Of a DNA stretch of 64,000 bases, positions 63,110 to 64,000 are shown one piece after another; positions within the stretch are counted from its first letter, which is position 1, and the number at the start of each line of letters is the position of its first letter. A model generated the notes under the pieces. That model made no database searches, had not been told where the DNA came from, and saw only the letters and a program-made list of their open reading frames with translations. The DNA comes from Podarcis cretensis. Its lineage: Eukaryota. A program made the translations under genes and the position numbers. The DNA is taken from assembly GCA_951804945.1 (NCBI GenBank), contig OX638151.1, positions 87,048,001 to 87,112,000 of the forward strand, in the 5' to 3' direction.

Positions 63110-64000
63110 GGGTTGGATGAAAGATGGGAAAGCAGCTAACAGTATAAATAAGTTGATTTTTCCTTTTCATATGTAGACAGAGTCAGCAACACACATAAGA
63201 GGGTATACTGAGAAACACTATCAGGAAAGAATATGGCAGGGCTTGTGTGGGAGAAGGAAGAAAATCGGTTCTTGAACCTGTAATTGTGACTCCCACACTG
63301 TTTCTTTCAACTGCCTAAGAGGAACAGTGTTTATATAGTACCTCGTCCCTTTGAGGACAACACATTTTAACAATATTTTGCAACCTAACTTTTTTCATCG
63401 TCAGTATACTAAAGGATGCCTTATAGTCCTCAAAATGCTCACAATCTCTTGCTTTCTATCTATCTACACATAATTATATGAATGCAAGTTACAATGGTAT
63501 CAAACACGGAACACTTTAGCTGCAGTTCTCATTTTCAGGAGAAAGATGCAGGAAATGTAACTGACCCACTGTGCTGGTCCATCAGCTAAGCTTGATGTGT
63601 AGTCTGAGCAATACTGTCTCTAGCCTTAAAAATGTTCAGTGAGAAGACACTTAAAATAAACAGGAGGTGATGATAGGAGGAACCCAGATGGTATTTTGTT
63701 CCTACATAATTGCAAAGCATTTATTTTATGAAAATGTTATTAAGCCTTAATCAATCTGCTATAGAAAGTAATTACCATACCATTCATGAATTTGTTATGT
63801 CAATTAAAACATACTCAAAAGAAACTCTCTCTGTCTTTAATTTAAAAGGGAAAGAAGGGACTATCTTTGGGAACATGATGTGAGACAAACTGGGAATATT
63901 TTCAAAGTTGCTGGTATACAGGAAGAGCAACTTTGTGAAACCTTATTACCCTGCTGAATCAAAATAGCTGGGAGTGATTTTGCACCCAACAGGAAAGCAC

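Overview
Eukaryotic, repeat-rich, apparently non-coding DNA (long intron or gene desert) from a squamate reptile, most likely a lacertid lizard, judged from the Sauria-type SINEs. I found no host protein-coding gene I can support. Nearly all listed ORFs are chance frames or transposon remnants. The window holds about 9 Sauria SINE copies or fragments in at least two subfamilies, L2, L1 and CR1 LINE remnants, Tigger/Tc1-mariner, hAT and Harbinger-like MITEs, microsatellites, a strong CTCF motif and several candidate conserved enhancers. The most notable object is a young Penelope-like (Neptune-type) insertion at 14391-15502. It has a 13-bp TSD and two apparently identical 233-bp inverted pseudo-LTRs. 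Each repeat carries an outward-facing CCAAT/TATA promoter and a minimal hammerhead ribozyme. An open 248-codon ORF starts in the right repeat and encodes a GIY-YIG endonuclease without RT, and its three internal micro-duplications all preserve frame. At least six shorter relics of the same repeat family, two of them head-to-head hammerhead palindromes, are scattered through the window. A three-level nested insertion (SINE > L2 > L2) lies at 10961-13063. All coordinates were read by eye and no database searches were run.
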